Shown one piece after another: positions 36,381 through 46,346 of a DNA stretch of 64,000 nucleotides. Made by a program: the position numbers and the translations under genes. The DNA comes from a virus: the IMG/VR virus record IMGVR_UViG_3300021091_000016; one strand, given 5' to 3'. The notes under the pieces were generated by a model. That model did not search any database. It saw nothing but the letters and a program-made list of their open reading frames with translations, and had not been told where the DNA came from. Each line of letters begins with the position of its first letter. Position 1 is the first letter of the stretch.

Positions 36381-36802
36381 TGAGCTATCCTACATCATTT
36401 TCAGTATATAAGAAAAGTGCAGCAGCACAATTTAACCTAATTTTACCACGTCGTAATGAAAAAGGTCGTGTAGAAAAAGAAGGTGCAGTTCTAATTGAAG
36501 TAACTAAAGCTTCTGGAGAAAAGCAATATGATTGGTCTAAAAAGATTGTATTTGCTTTTGGAATGAATGACCTTTGTCAGTTCTTTGATAATCCAGAGAA
36601 TCCTCCTAGGTTAATTCATAAGCTAGATGAAGTTACTAAAAGCTTAGAATTCAAGCAAGGTGAAAATCAATACGCTGGTACTTATATGTTAAGTCTAGCA
36701 GATGGAACAAATAAAATCTCTGTACCTTTATCAGGTGGAGAATATGCAGTTGTTTCTAGATTATTTAGCTGCGCAATTCCAAAAATTATCGGATGGGAAT
36801 AA
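36377..36802 (+). CDS. Whirly-like ssDNA-binding protein
   Basis: FSVYK..AA, EG.VLIE, QYDWSKK..F, VPLS.GE resemble the plant Whirly domain. Confidence 0.7.
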   Translation: MMSYPTSFSVYKKSAAAQFNLILPRRNEKGRVEKEGAVLIEVTKASGEKQYDWSKKIVFAFGMNDLCQFFDNPENPPRLIHKLDEVTKSLEFKQGENQYAGTYMLSLADGTNKISVPLSGGEYAVVSRLFSCAIPKIIGWE

Positions 36803-37095
36803 TGTTTGAAGTTAAAAGTAAAGACGGCTCCGTTATTAAAATTGAACCTCAAATGCTATTCACACTTTTTCTAAAGGATGTAAATGAAAACAAACCAGAA
36901 CTGTTAAATGAAGTAGAAAAATTAGAAAAGCATTTTTTCAACCTATTTGATGAGTCAGCTTTATTCAACTCTCCCTTAATCAAAATCATGAATCTATTTT
37001 TTATACTTGGATATCAATATTCAAAGTTTAAGGATAAAAATGAAGCAAAGCTCAATGATTCAGATTCAACAGACACCGGCACAGAAGGCATTTAA
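36802..37095 (+). CDS. hypothetical protein
   Basis: ORF coupled to previous stop. Confidence 0.6.
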   Translation: MFEVKSKDGSVIKIEPQMLFTLFLKDVNENKPELLNEVEKLEKHFFNLFDESALFNSPLIKIMNLFFILGYQYSKFKDKNEAKLNDSDSTDTGTEGI

Positions 37096-37175
37096 TTTTT
37101 TCTGTGATGGATTATTAGATTTAACAGTAAGAACAATTATTATTTACAACCAAGCAAAACAAGAGGAAAAAAAGT

Positions 37176-37598
37176 ATGTTCAGTTACGAAGTGAAAGTTA
37201 GACAAGTAAATGCTGGTAAGATGAAGGGTGTTGCTAGCGTAGTCGTGGATGGTTTAATTGAAGTAGAAGGCTTCAAGATTTATGAAGGCTCTAAAGGGCT
37301 ATTCGTATCTAACCCATCTCATAAAGGTAAGGGCAAGGACGAGCAAGGTAATGAAATCGAAAAATATTACGATGACGTCAGAGCAGTTGGTGACCAAGGC
37401 GAAGAGCTTTTAGAAGAGATTAAACAAGAGATGCTCAAACAATATGCAGGACTCACTAACTCACCTCAAGCTGCAAGACAACAATCTGTAAATACTAGAG
37501 GTAATGCAGCAGCTGCAGTTACTGCAAAACAAACTACTACTGTAAAAGCTCAAGAACCTACATCTACACCTCCAAAACCAAAAAAGCCACTTTGGTAA
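37176..37598 (+). CDS. SpoVG-family nucleic-acid-binding protein
   Basis: KGVASVVVD...KIYEGSKGLFVSNPS...YYD. Confidence 0.85.
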   Translation: MFSYEVKVRQVNAGKMKGVASVVVDGLIEVEGFKIYEGSKGLFVSNPSHKGKGKDEQGNEIEKYYDDVRAVGDQGEELLEEIKQEMLKQYAGLTNSPQAARQQSVNTRGNAAAAVTAKQTTTVKAQEPTSTPPKPKKPLW

Positions 37599-37602
37599 AT
37601 AA

Positions 37603-38163
37603 ATGATTGAAGAACAGCAAGAAGAAAAAGAACCAATCGTCTCTTTTTCTAACTCAGAAGTAATGGATTCAATTATTGAAGGTGCCGAGCTTTACACTCA
37701 AGCAACAGAATCATTTATTAAAGAGTTTATCTTTTATGATAAAACTCTTTACGAATGGGCTTCTGAAATGATGGTAGACATTCCATCTAGTAAAAACTTA
37801 GACCCGGATAAATATAGAGAAATTCTTCTGACCCTAGCTAGAAACATACAAATTGCATCAAATTATTTATCTGTTGCAAGTAGTATGGTTGATGCTATTA
37901 GCGGAGGCAGTGATGTAAAACGGTCTTCATTGATAAATGAGATTGTAAATAATTATGCTAAAAAAGGCGCTAAAAGACCTGCAGCTACAGTAATTGAACA
38001 GATGGCAGATAGCTATCTAAACAATACTGTTTCTGCTAGCATTGCTGCTAAAATAGTAAAAAACTTTTGGAAACAAAGGTTGGATACATTATTAGATATT
38101 AGAAAAGTTTTTGAACAGATAGGGATGTCCTTACATGTGGAATTAAAAATAACTTCAACATAA
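37603..38163 (+). CDS. hypothetical helical protein
   Basis: 186-aa ORF. Confidence 0.65.
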   Translation: MIEEQQEEKEPIVSFSNSEVMDSIIEGAELYTQATESFIKEFIFYDKTLYEWASEMMVDIPSSKNLDPDKYREILLTLARNIQIASNYLSVASSMVDAISGGSDVKRSSLINEIVNNYAKKGAKRPAATVIEQMADSYLNNTVSASIAAKIVKNFWKQRLDTLLDIRKVFEQIGMSLHVELKITST

Positions 38164-38173
38164 GGATATTAAT

Positions 38174-38464
38174 ATGGCAGAAGGAGTTGCATTAGGATTA
38201 ATTGTATGGATTGGCTATATGTTTTTATGGTCAAACCTACCTGGAACTGTTACGTTGTTTGAATCTAAAATAAATTGGAAAGCACTTCTATTACAAAAAA
38301 AATATTTTGTTTGGTTAGAGCTAATCTTACTAGTGCTTAACATTATTAATATTACTGGCATCACTCAATCTATTGCAGGTGCTTTTGCAAGCGGGATTTG
38401 CAGTATGATGATTAACATTAGTTATAGAATCTATACTGCAATGAGCCCTCAAAATACAAATTGA
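38174..38464 (+). CDS. hypothetical membrane protein
   Basis: Three hydrophobic segments. Confidence 0.6.
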   Translation: MAEGVALGLIVWIGYMFLWSNLPGTVTLFESKINWKALLLQKKYFVWLELILLVLNIINITGITQSIAGAFASGICSMMINISYRIYTAMSPQNTN

Positions 38465-38528
38465 AAGAAAAAAAAGAAAAAGATAGAATTGCAAAACTCA
38501 CTTTTGAGTTTAGACATCAAGGATTAAA

Positions 38529-40250
38529 ATGACTTATCAATATTCAGAACATGCAATTAGTTTATTAAAAAATTTCTACATGTTAAATGACGAGACAAAA
38601 CCAGAGGAAGCGTTAAAAAGAGCTGCATATGCATATTCTGCGGGAGACAATGAATTAGCAGAGCGTATATTTCAATACGCTCTTGATGGTTGGTTTATGT
38701 TTTCAAGTCCAATATTAAGTAATGCAAGACTGGATAATTCTAAAACAGGATTACCTATTAGCTGTTTTTTAACTTATGTACCTGATACTGTTGAAGGCTT
38801 AATCGAGCATTCAACTGAATTAAGATGGATGAGCGTAATGGGTGGCGGAGTAGGCGGACATTGGTCTGACGTTAGGTCTGTATCTAATAAAGCTCCTGGT
38901 CCAATTCCATTTATTAAAACTGTAGACAGTGACATGCAAGCCTGGAAGCAAGGAGTCACTAGAAAGGGTAGCTATGCTGCTTACATTGACGTTAGTCATC
39001 CTGATATTATTGAATTTATTAATATTAGGGTGCCTACTGGTGGTGATACGAATAGAAAGTGCTTTACTATTAATAATGCTGTCTGTCTTACGGACAAATT
39101 CATGAATGCAGTTGCCGATGGCTTAGACTGGCAATTAATAGATCCTGCATCAAATGAAGTGAAGGAAACTATGCCAGCTAGAGAGCTTTGGCAAAGAATC
39201 CTTGAAGTTAGATTTAGAACTGGAGAACCATATTTCTTCTTTACAGACACTGCTAACAAGCATTTACCACAATCACTCAAAGAAAAAGGTCTTAAAATTC
39301 ATGGTTCAAATTTGTGTAATGAGATTTTTCTTTGCACAGATGAAAATAGATCTGCTGTATGCTGTTTATCATCGTTAAATCTTGAGTATTTTGACGAATG
39401 GAAAAATACAACAATTGTTGAGGACTGCATTACCTTCTTAGATAATGTACTACAATACTTTATCGAGAACGCACCAAAGCAATTACACAGAGCTATTTAC
39501 TCTGCAATTCAAGAACGCTCACTAGGACTAGGAGCAATGGGTTTCCATTCGTTACTTCAAAGAAATAATATAGCCTGGGAATCTCCTATGGCTAAAGGTT
39601 TAAATAGAAGAGTGTTTAAGCTAATTCAAGAGCGCGCAATTAAACAAACAGAATTGTTAGCTGCTGAACGTGGGGAATACTTAGATGGTATTGGATATGG
39701 TAGAAGGAATAGTCATCTACTTGCAATAGCACCTAATGCTAATAGTAGTATTATCTTAGATACATCTCCTAGTATTGAACCTTGGAAATCAAATGCCTTT
39801 ACACACCGTACTAGAGCAGGTAGCTTCTTACAAAAAAACAAATATCTAGATGGACTTCTTTTAAAGGTATTCGCAAATGACGAAACAAAATATAACGAAG
39901 CATGGCAATCAATTGTTTTGAATCAAGGCTCTGTACAACACTTAGATTGTTTAAACGAATACCAAAAGGGAGTATTTAAAACAGCGTTTGAAATTAATCA
40001 AGCTTGGTTAATTGAACATGCTGCGGATAGACAAGAATTTATCTGTCAAGGACAATCCTTAAATCTTTTCTTTCCAGCTGGAAGTGATAAAGCGTATGTT
40101 AATTACGTACATATTTTAGCTTGGAAAAAAGGATTAAAAGGATTATATTACCTTCGAACAAATTCTGGTGCTAAATTAGAAAAGATTTCTGAAAAAATCG
40201 AACGAAAAGCACTTAAGGATTATGACGAATGTGTTTCTTGCCAAGGATAA
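38529..40250 (+). CDS. nrdA: ribonucleotide reductase class Ia alpha subunit (no ATP cone)
   Basis: SSPIL, PISCF, GSNLCNEI, IAPNA, YYLR, C-terminal CVSCQG. Confidence 0.96.
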   Translation: MTYQYSEHAISLLKNFYMLNDETKPEEALKRAAYAYSAGDNELAERIFQYALDGWFMFSSPILSNARLDNSKTGLPISCFLTYVPDTVEGLIEHSTELRWMSVMGGGVGGHWSDVRSVSNKAPGPIPFIKTVDSDMQAWKQGVTRKGSYAAYIDVSHPDIIEFINIRVPTGGDTNRKCFTINNAVCLTDKFMNAVADGLDWQLIDPASNEVKETMPARELWQRILEVRFRTGEPYFFFTDTANKHLPQSLKEKGLKIHGSNLCNEIFLCTDENRSAVCCLSSLNLEYFDEWKNTTIVEDCITFLDNVLQYFIENAPKQLHRAIYSAIQERSLGLGAMGFHSLLQRNNIAWESPMAKGLNRRVFKLIQERAIKQTELLAAERGEYLDGIGYGRRNSHLLAIAPNANSSIILDTSPSIEPWKSNAFTHRTRAGSFLQKNKYLDGLLLKVFANDETKYNEAWQSIVLNQGSVQHLDCLNEYQKGVFKTAFEINQAWLIEHAADRQEFICQGQSLNLFFPAGSDKAYVNYVHILAWKKGLKGLYYLRTNSGAKLEKISEKIERKALKDYDECVSCQG

Positions 40251-40254
40251 TCAA

Positions 40255-40479
40255 ATGAAAATAATTTCTGACGTATATATTGTTTCTGCGCTACATTTAT
40301 TTACTTTAAATAAAGATGAATATTTAAAGCTTGAAGATAAATTAGATGTAACAAAAGCTGATTTAAATAAACCTGTATTCATTAAAAGCTCAGGTAAAAT
40401 TATTGAAGGCTGGGAAACATTAAAATACGTTTTAGATTCAAATTCTTTTATAAACCTCTATTACCAAGTAATAGAATAA
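40255..40479 (+). CDS. hypothetical protein
   Basis: AAGGA RBS before MKIISD. Confidence 0.5.
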   Translation: MKIISDVYIVSALHLFTLNKDEYLKLEDKLDVTKADLNKPVFIKSSGKIIEGWETLKYVLDSNSFINLYYQVIE

Positions 40480-40487
40480 AGGACAAA

Positions 40488-40928
40488 ATGAGTAACTCTT
40501 ATTATACTAGTAATGAAAATAGAATCATAGACATGATGTTTGAAAGAGCTTTAAAAAAAGATCATCCAAGATATCAAACTCAACAAGATTTTATTGAATT
40601 TGCTCAGGTTTACCCAGAAGTGAACCTGCATATGTCAGATTTGTATAATAATGGCGGTTGCGTTTCATTTCATTTTGCAAATGATGAATTCATTATTGTA
40701 TGTGATGTAGACGCTATGGAAATTGAATCTAGTATTTTAGTAGATTATGAGGGTGCTTCGTTTAATGTAATTGAAACTATTCCATTTAATTGGGAATCAT
40801 TAAAGCTTAGATTAAATGATATGATTTCAATTGCACCTTGGACTGAAAGCTTTAAAAATTGCAAGAGTGTAGATGAAGCTAGACAAAAAGCAACAGACTA
40901 TTTAAAAGACAAATGGAAAACAAAATGA
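40488..40928 (+). CDS. hypothetical protein
   Basis: 146-aa ORF, AAGGA RBS. Confidence 0.65.
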   Translation: MSNSYYTSNENRIIDMMFERALKKDHPRYQTQQDFIEFAQVYPEVNLHMSDLYNNGGCVSFHFANDEFIIVCDVDAMEIESSILVDYEGASFNVIETIPFNWESLKLRLNDMISIAPWTESFKNCKSVDEARQKATDYLKDKWKTK

Positions 40929-41893
40929 GTTTATTAGAGCCTAATAAAGCATACAAACCTTTTTCATATCCATGGGCTATGGAATTAGCAGAGGAACATG
41001 AAAAAATGCATTGGGGAACCTGGGAAGCTAAATTACAGGATGATGTTAATCAATGGAAAAACTCAGGATTGCTGCCTGAGGAAAAAGCTCATATTACACA
41101 AATTCTAAGAATTTTTACTCAAAGTGATTGTGTAGTTGCAAGTAATTATATTGACCAATTCTTACCTGTATTTAAAAACAATGAAATTAGAAATATGCTT
41201 CTTTCATTTGCCAATAGAGAAGGTACTCATCAAAGAGCTTATGCTTTATTGAATGATACTCTTGGTTTAGCAGAACAAGAATATTCAGCGTTCCTGCAAT
41301 ATGATCAAATGCGCAATAAATTAGACTTTATGCAATCTCAAAACATTGAAAACATGAGAGGCGCTAATAGAAAAACAGCAGTATTATTAGCTCAATCAGT
41401 TTGTAATGAAGGCATGAGTTTATTCTCTGCATTTGTAATGCTTTTAAATTATCAACGTTTTGGTAAGATGAAAGGTATGTGTGAAATTGTTGAGTGGTCT
41501 ATTCGTGATGAAACTAGTCACGTAAATGCAATGACTAAATTATTTTCTACCTTCTGTGAGGAACATCCAGATGTTGTAAATAATGATTTAAAGGCGCATA
41601 TTTATACTAATTATACTAAAGCAGTTGAACTCGAAGATGCTTTGATTGACTTAGTATACCAAGACAAAGATTCAATCTGTGAGCTATCAAAAAAAGATAT
41701 CAAAACCTATGTAAGATATTTAGCTGATAGACGCTTATTGCAATTAGGCTTAAAGCCACAATTTAAACAAAAAGACAACCCTTTACCATGGTTAGATTGG
41801 ATTGTAAGTGGAGACTCCTTTAAGAATTTCTTTGAAGGAGTAGTCACTGATTACAATGCATCTGGTATGACTGGCGACTGGGGTTGGGAGTAA
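40913..41893 (+). CDS. nrdB: ribonucleotide reductase class Ia beta subunit
   Basis: YKPFSYPWA, REGTHQRAY, RDETSH, NFFEG.VTDY. Confidence 0.96.
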   Translation: MENKMSLLEPNKAYKPFSYPWAMELAEEHEKMHWGTWEAKLQDDVNQWKNSGLLPEEKAHITQILRIFTQSDCVVASNYIDQFLPVFKNNEIRNMLLSFANREGTHQRAYALLNDTLGLAEQEYSAFLQYDQMRNKLDFMQSQNIENMRGANRKTAVLLAQSVCNEGMSLFSAFVMLLNYQRFGKMKGMCEIVEWSIRDETSHVNAMTKLFSTFCEEHPDVVNNDLKAHIYTNYTKAVELEDALIDLVYQDKDSICELSKKDIKTYVRYLADRRLLQLGLKPQFKQKDNPLPWLDWIVSGDSFKNFFEGVVTDYNASGMTGDWGWE

Positions 41894-41897
41894 AATT

Positions 41898-42254
41898 ATG
41901 TTAACTGAAGAACAAATACTTGAAAAAACATCAAGTATTCTCCAAACAGAGCTTTTATGTCGCGCACCAAAAGAACTGATTGACGCTTTAGAAGGCACAA
42001 AGCTTTTTTCAGAGTTATATACAGTAGTAGATGAAACGGCAGATTTAGAAGAAGATTCACGAGACAAAACCTTTAAAGAACCATTAGAATTTTATCTTGT
42101 TTCTAATTGGCTTGGAAACAAACTGCTAAACTTAAATCAACCGGTAATTAAACTATCTACTGCAAGCTTATGGGGTAGATGTACTACTGGACAATATATT
42201 ATAGAAGACGGTTTGATTCAGAAAATCGTAGAAAGAGCAGAAAATGCAAATTAA
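41898..42254 (+). CDS. hypothetical protein
   Basis: EF..VS.WL..KL...WGRCTTGQ, a recurring phage/bacterial hypothetical pattern. Confidence 0.65.
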   Translation: MLTEEQILEKTSSILQTELLCRAPKELIDALEGTKLFSELYTVVDETADLEEDSRDKTFKEPLEFYLVSNWLGNKLLNLNQPVIKLSTASLWGRCTTGQYIIEDGLIQKIVERAENAN

Positions 42255-42570
42255 TGAATTAGTACAAACAGCATATGAAAACGCAAAATCAAAGGGTTGG
42301 CATGATAAACCAAGAACAATCGGTGAGCTTATTTGTCTTATGCATAGCGAATTAAGTGAAGCATTTGAGGAACATCGTGCTGGACACGCTGTAGATGAAA
42401 TCTATGAAAAAGATGGGAAGCCAGAAGGAATTCCAGTAGAGCTTGCAGATACAATCATTAGAATTGCAGATTTCTGTGGACTACATGGAATTAATCTTCA
42501 AGAAGCAATTGACATTAAACTAGAATATAATAAAACTCGTAGCTATAGACACGGAAACAAAACTGTGTAA
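42244..42570 (+). CDS. MazG-like nucleotide pyrophosphohydrolase
   Basis: HSELSEAFE...ELADTIIRI..K..YN..R.YRHG. Confidence 0.85.
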   Translation: MQINELVQTAYENAKSKGWHDKPRTIGELICLMHSELSEAFEEHRAGHAVDEIYEKDGKPEGIPVELADTIIRIADFCGLHGINLQEAIDIKLEYNKTRSYRHGNKTV

Positions 42571-42636
42571 TATTTGTTGACAGATTAATTAAAAGACATA
42601 AAACTCGTAGCTAATACCTGATTAATGCGAGGAAAC

Positions 42637-43269
42637 ATGTCAAATGACAAATCTGAATACAAAGCTATAGTTAAAGCAATTATAGACAATGCTTTAGTAG
42701 ATTACGTAAAGCTACAGCATCCAAACAATAGAAAAAAGAAATTTTTACAAAACGCATATATAAATTCCATAGCATTACTTTTTGATAGCTCATTTAAATT
42801 TGATTTTTCATCTCAGTATACTGGAGATTTATTAAAATTAGATGAAGCATTAGCAATGCTCATGGATGGACAATTAGCTTCAATTCCTAAAACTAGACAG
42901 CATGTAGTATCAGAAACAGTAGAGTATTGGACTGAAAAACACTTTCAAGATTTAGTAATACCAAAAACAGTAAACGTATGTGGATACGTTTACTTTATAA
43001 GATATTTAGAAGTAGAAAAGTCTTATATAGATAAAGAAAAATTCTTAATAGTGCTTGTTAAGAATTCAAAAGACAATGATAGGTATTTTGTTAAACATGT
43101 TATTGATTTAATTTTATACCAAGCAAATATAGAGATTAATAGAAGTGAAGTAATCGAGCTCCAAAAATATATATATTTATTTTTGAAAGTAAATGGTTGC
43201 TTTTCTAATAAGTCAGAAGATTTAGACCCCGAAATACAAAAGAGAATAGACGAATATGGAACAGAGTGA
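42637..43269 (+). CDS. hypothetical protein
   Basis: GAGG RBS before MSNDK. Confidence 0.65.
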   Translation: MSNDKSEYKAIVKAIIDNALVDYVKLQHPNNRKKKFLQNAYINSIALLFDSSFKFDFSSQYTGDLLKLDEALAMLMDGQLASIPKTRQHVVSETVEYWTEKHFQDLVIPKTVNVCGYVYFIRYLEVEKSYIDKEKFLIVLVKNSKDNDRYFVKHVIDLILYQANIEINRSEVIELQKYIYLFLKVNGCFSNKSEDLDPEIQKRIDEYGTE

Positions 43270-43584
43270 ATCCTTTATTCTTGAATATGAAATGAGATTG
43301 CACGAATTAACATTATTAAAGGAAGTAGCAGAAAAAATCCTATCAGAACCAGATACGATTAGCTTCCTTATGTGGTGTAATCCATTGATTCAATTCTATA
43401 AAACAAAATTAGATGAGCTTCAAAATGCTTGAAGCTAGCCTTGAGATTTGCAATAGCTTCTATACTTATCTATTAGATTATCATTTATGGAATGATAGCT
43501 TAAGTATAGATCAATATTTATTTATGAAGTTACCAATAGATTCCTTTTGTTATTCAATTGGATACATTCCAGAAAGCTGCTAAT

Positions 43585-43977
43585 ATGCAAAGTAAGAAAG
43601 AAACTATCGAATCCTTTTTGCAAAAAGGAAAGACTATAATTTATGTAGATTCAAGAAAAGAAAATGTAATGCTACCTGATTATTTAATGGGGCTGATTCA
43701 AGTAAAGCTATCCTTAAGCTACAAGTATCCTCATAACGTTTTTCTATTAACAGATGAATTTTTAAAAATTGATTTATCATTTAATCAAAACAAATTTGTA
43801 TGTGACATTCCTTTAGATGCAATTTATCTAGTAGCGTCATCAGATGATGTATCTGATTTGGTTACATTCTTTGAATCAGTGCCAGAAATCTTTATTCAGA
43901 TTGCTGAGGATATACAAACCTTAAAAGAATCTACAAATGAAATCGATTTTGAAGGATTTTTTAAAAGCCATGATTGA
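43585..43977 (+). CDS. SspB-like ClpXP adaptor
   Basis: VDSR...V.LP..L...L.LSY...LSFN...C.IP.DAIY pattern. Confidence 0.65.
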   Translation: MQSKKETIESFLQKGKTIIYVDSRKENVMLPDYLMGLIQVKLSLSYKYPHNVFLLTDEFLKIDLSFNQNKFVCDIPLDAIYLVASSDDVSDLVTFFESVPEIFIQIAEDIQTLKESTNEIDFEGFFKSHD

Positions 43978-44380
43978 AAACAAACATTTACATGCTGGCA
44001 AAGTCATGTATAAATTTTACCATGGATACAATATAAATCCACTTTTAGAAATGATGAAACAATTCAATTACACTTTTTCTACCCTTTATCAAAGCTCTGG
44101 TCTATTTAGACTTTGGTTTGTTAATAATTTTAATCCAGCAAAAAGAATGATGATTACAGAGTACCCTCGTTATAAAAATTTAGAAATTTCTTTGTTTATA
44201 ATAGACGAGGAAACAGGTTTCTCTAAAAAAAAGGCATTTCGTAATATTGACAATTATTGGCAAACAAGCGTAATAGATGGTCTGCATTATATTAATATGC
44301 AGGCTATTCTAGAAAACTATCAAGCCGTAGAAGAAGAAATAAATAAAAAACAATGCGAACCTGGAACAATTACTTTATAG
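43970..44380 (+). CDS. hypothetical protein
   Basis: ORF overlapping previous stop. Confidence 0.6.
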   Translation: MIENKHLHAGKVMYKFYHGYNINPLLEMMKQFNYTFSTLYQSSGLFRLWFVNNFNPAKRMMITEYPRYKNLEISLFIIDEETGFSKKKAFRNIDNYWQTSVIDGLHYINMQAILENYQAVEEEINKKQCEPGTITL

Positions 44381-44781
44381 AATTAACAAAGCATGTATCA
44401 ACTAGAAGTACTTGCGATAGAAAGCATGTTGGCTGCGTTATTGTTCGTGATAACAATATTCTTGCTACTGGGTATAATGGTTCTCTTACTAAAGATGATC
44501 ATTGCGATGATGCTGGACATTTAATAGTAGATAATCATTGTATTCGTACAGTGCATGCAGAAAGAAATGCAGTATTCCAAGCTGCTAAAAATGGCGTAAG
44601 TTTGAAAGATTCTACTGCATATGTTAATGTAGAACCATGTTGGGAATGCTTTAAAAGTTTAATTAGTAGCGGCGTTATTAATATCTACTATGAAAGTGAT
44701 TATCCAAACTCAAGTAATGTCTACATTAAAGAATACTTAACTAAAAACAAAAACATAACCTTTATAAAGATAGGAGATTAA
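44353..44781 (+). CDS. dCMP deaminase
   Basis: RSTC...VG, TGYNG, HAE, PCWEC. Confidence 0.92.
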   Translation: MRTWNNYFIELTKHVSTRSTCDRKHVGCVIVRDNNILATGYNGSLTKDDHCDDAGHLIVDNHCIRTVHAERNAVFQAAKNGVSLKDSTAYVNVEPCWECFKSLISSGVINIYYESDYPNSSNVYIKEYLTKNKNITFIKIGD

Positions 44782-44783
44782 TT

Positions 44784-45212
44784 ATGGCAATAGAATCTTA
44801 TCAATATCTTCTTGGCGCATTTAAATGCGCAGAATTAATACATCATCGCAATCATTTAATTGCTAAAGGAAATTATTCAGATCACCTTTTGCTAGGTGAA
44901 ATTTACGAATCCTATACAAAGTATTTTGATTCTTTTGCGGAAAAAGGAATTGTAATATATGGAGAAGAAGTAGTAAATTTAGAAATCATTTTGAAAATGC
45001 AAATGATGTGCTATCAAAATCAAAATGTGACAACAGATGTAATTAAAACCTCTTTATCTATTGAAGAATATATCGTTTCCGAATTAGATGAACTATATGA
45101 AGAATTAAAGCAATCTGATAATCTAACATTAGGATTAGACGATTTGATAATGTCCACATCAAGCGAAGTAGAGGACAATATTTATTTATTGACTCAACGC
45201 TCTAAGGGGTAA
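44784..45212 (+). CDS. ferritin/Dps-like protein
   Basis: HH..H...G.Y.DH.LL..IY...D..AEK; YLL at end. Confidence 0.7.
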   Translation: MAIESYQYLLGAFKCAELIHHRNHLIAKGNYSDHLLLGEIYESYTKYFDSFAEKGIVIYGEEVVNLEIILKMQMMCYQNQNVTTDVIKTSLSIEEYIVSELDELYEELKQSDNLTLGLDDLIMSTSSEVEDNIYLLTQRSKG

Positions 45213-45284
45213 TATGGATCAAGATGATGACTTATTCTCTGTAATATTTTTTTTAACAATAATCCTTTATGTAATTGTAAATTG

Positions 45285-46343
45285 ATGCAAAATAAAAACT
45301 TTAATAAATATTTAAAACTTCTAACTGACAAAACATACGAAAACATTAATGAATCTCAAACAATTGATTGGCTAATTGCACCAATGTTAAGAGATTTATT
45401 TGAATGGGATCGTGAAGACCCAGAAGAAGTAAAAGCACAATGGCGAAAGCTTACAGATGGTGAAAGAGAAAACCCTGTAGACTTTGCTTTATTTGTACCT
45501 AATCAAACTAAACCAATTGCTTTAGTAGAAGCTAAAAGATTAAATGAAAAGCTAGTAGGTAAACCAGTTAGTCAGGCAATCTCGTATTGTATCTCTGCTA
45601 ATGTGCGTTGGGCTATTTTGACAAACGGATTAGAATGGAAGGTCTATGACGCGTTAGACCTATCAAAAGATGAATTAACAGATAGATTATTATTTCAAGT
45701 TAACATTTTAGATTTTATTGAAAATAGATCTGAAATGAATAACGTAGATTTAATTTCAAAAACAAAAATAGAATCATTAGAACAAATCATTCAAAATCAA
45801 AAGATCAAAGCAACTGTAGAATCATTCTTTGATTTAGATTTACATTTAAACTTATTCAGCGAGTTCATTAGTAATCAAACTAAATATAAAGTAGATTCTG
45901 TAAAAGAAATATTAAAAGATTATTGCGTCGAATTAAAAAAGAAACAAGCTGCACCAGTTAAAATATTGAATTGGCAAAGAGTAACTCAAGAATTAGATCC
46001 AAATACTAAATTAACTTCTTTAAGAGTAAAAACAAAAGATGATGATTATGTATTTGATTTTAAGAATTGGACACAAGCACTAGAGAATACTGTATCTTTC
46101 TTGTTCGACAGATATGATAAACTTCAAATGCTTTATTCAAATGAAAATCTTAAACAATATATTTCTACAAACAAACAAACATTACAAAAAGACTATGTAC
46201 TAGATTCATCTATTAAACAAATTAAAGGTGGATTTTTAAGTACACATTCAGCAACACAAACAAAACTAAAGTTAATTATTGCATTGAAAGATTATTTAAA
46301 TAGCGCTAATGAAACTGTAGATTGCTTTTATTTAGAAAGTTAA
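45285..46343 (+). CDS. HsdR_N-like PD-(D/E)xK restriction nuclease domain protein
   Basis: E..T...LI.P.L, VDFAL, VEAKR, QA.SY, ILTNG..W..YD. Confidence 0.8.
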   Translation: MQNKNFNKYLKLLTDKTYENINESQTIDWLIAPMLRDLFEWDREDPEEVKAQWRKLTDGERENPVDFALFVPNQTKPIALVEAKRLNEKLVGKPVSQAISYCISANVRWAILTNGLEWKVYDALDLSKDELTDRLLFQVNILDFIENRSEMNNVDLISKTKIESLEQIIQNQKIKATVESFFDLDLHLNLFSEFISNQTKYKVDSVKEILKDYCVELKKKQAAPVKILNWQRVTQELDPNTKLTSLRVKTKDDDYVFDFKNWTQALENTVSFLFDRYDKLQMLYSNENLKQYISTNKQTLQKDYVLDSSIKQIKGGFLSTHSATQTKLKLIIALKDYLNSANETVDCFYLES

Positions 46344-46346
46344 TAA

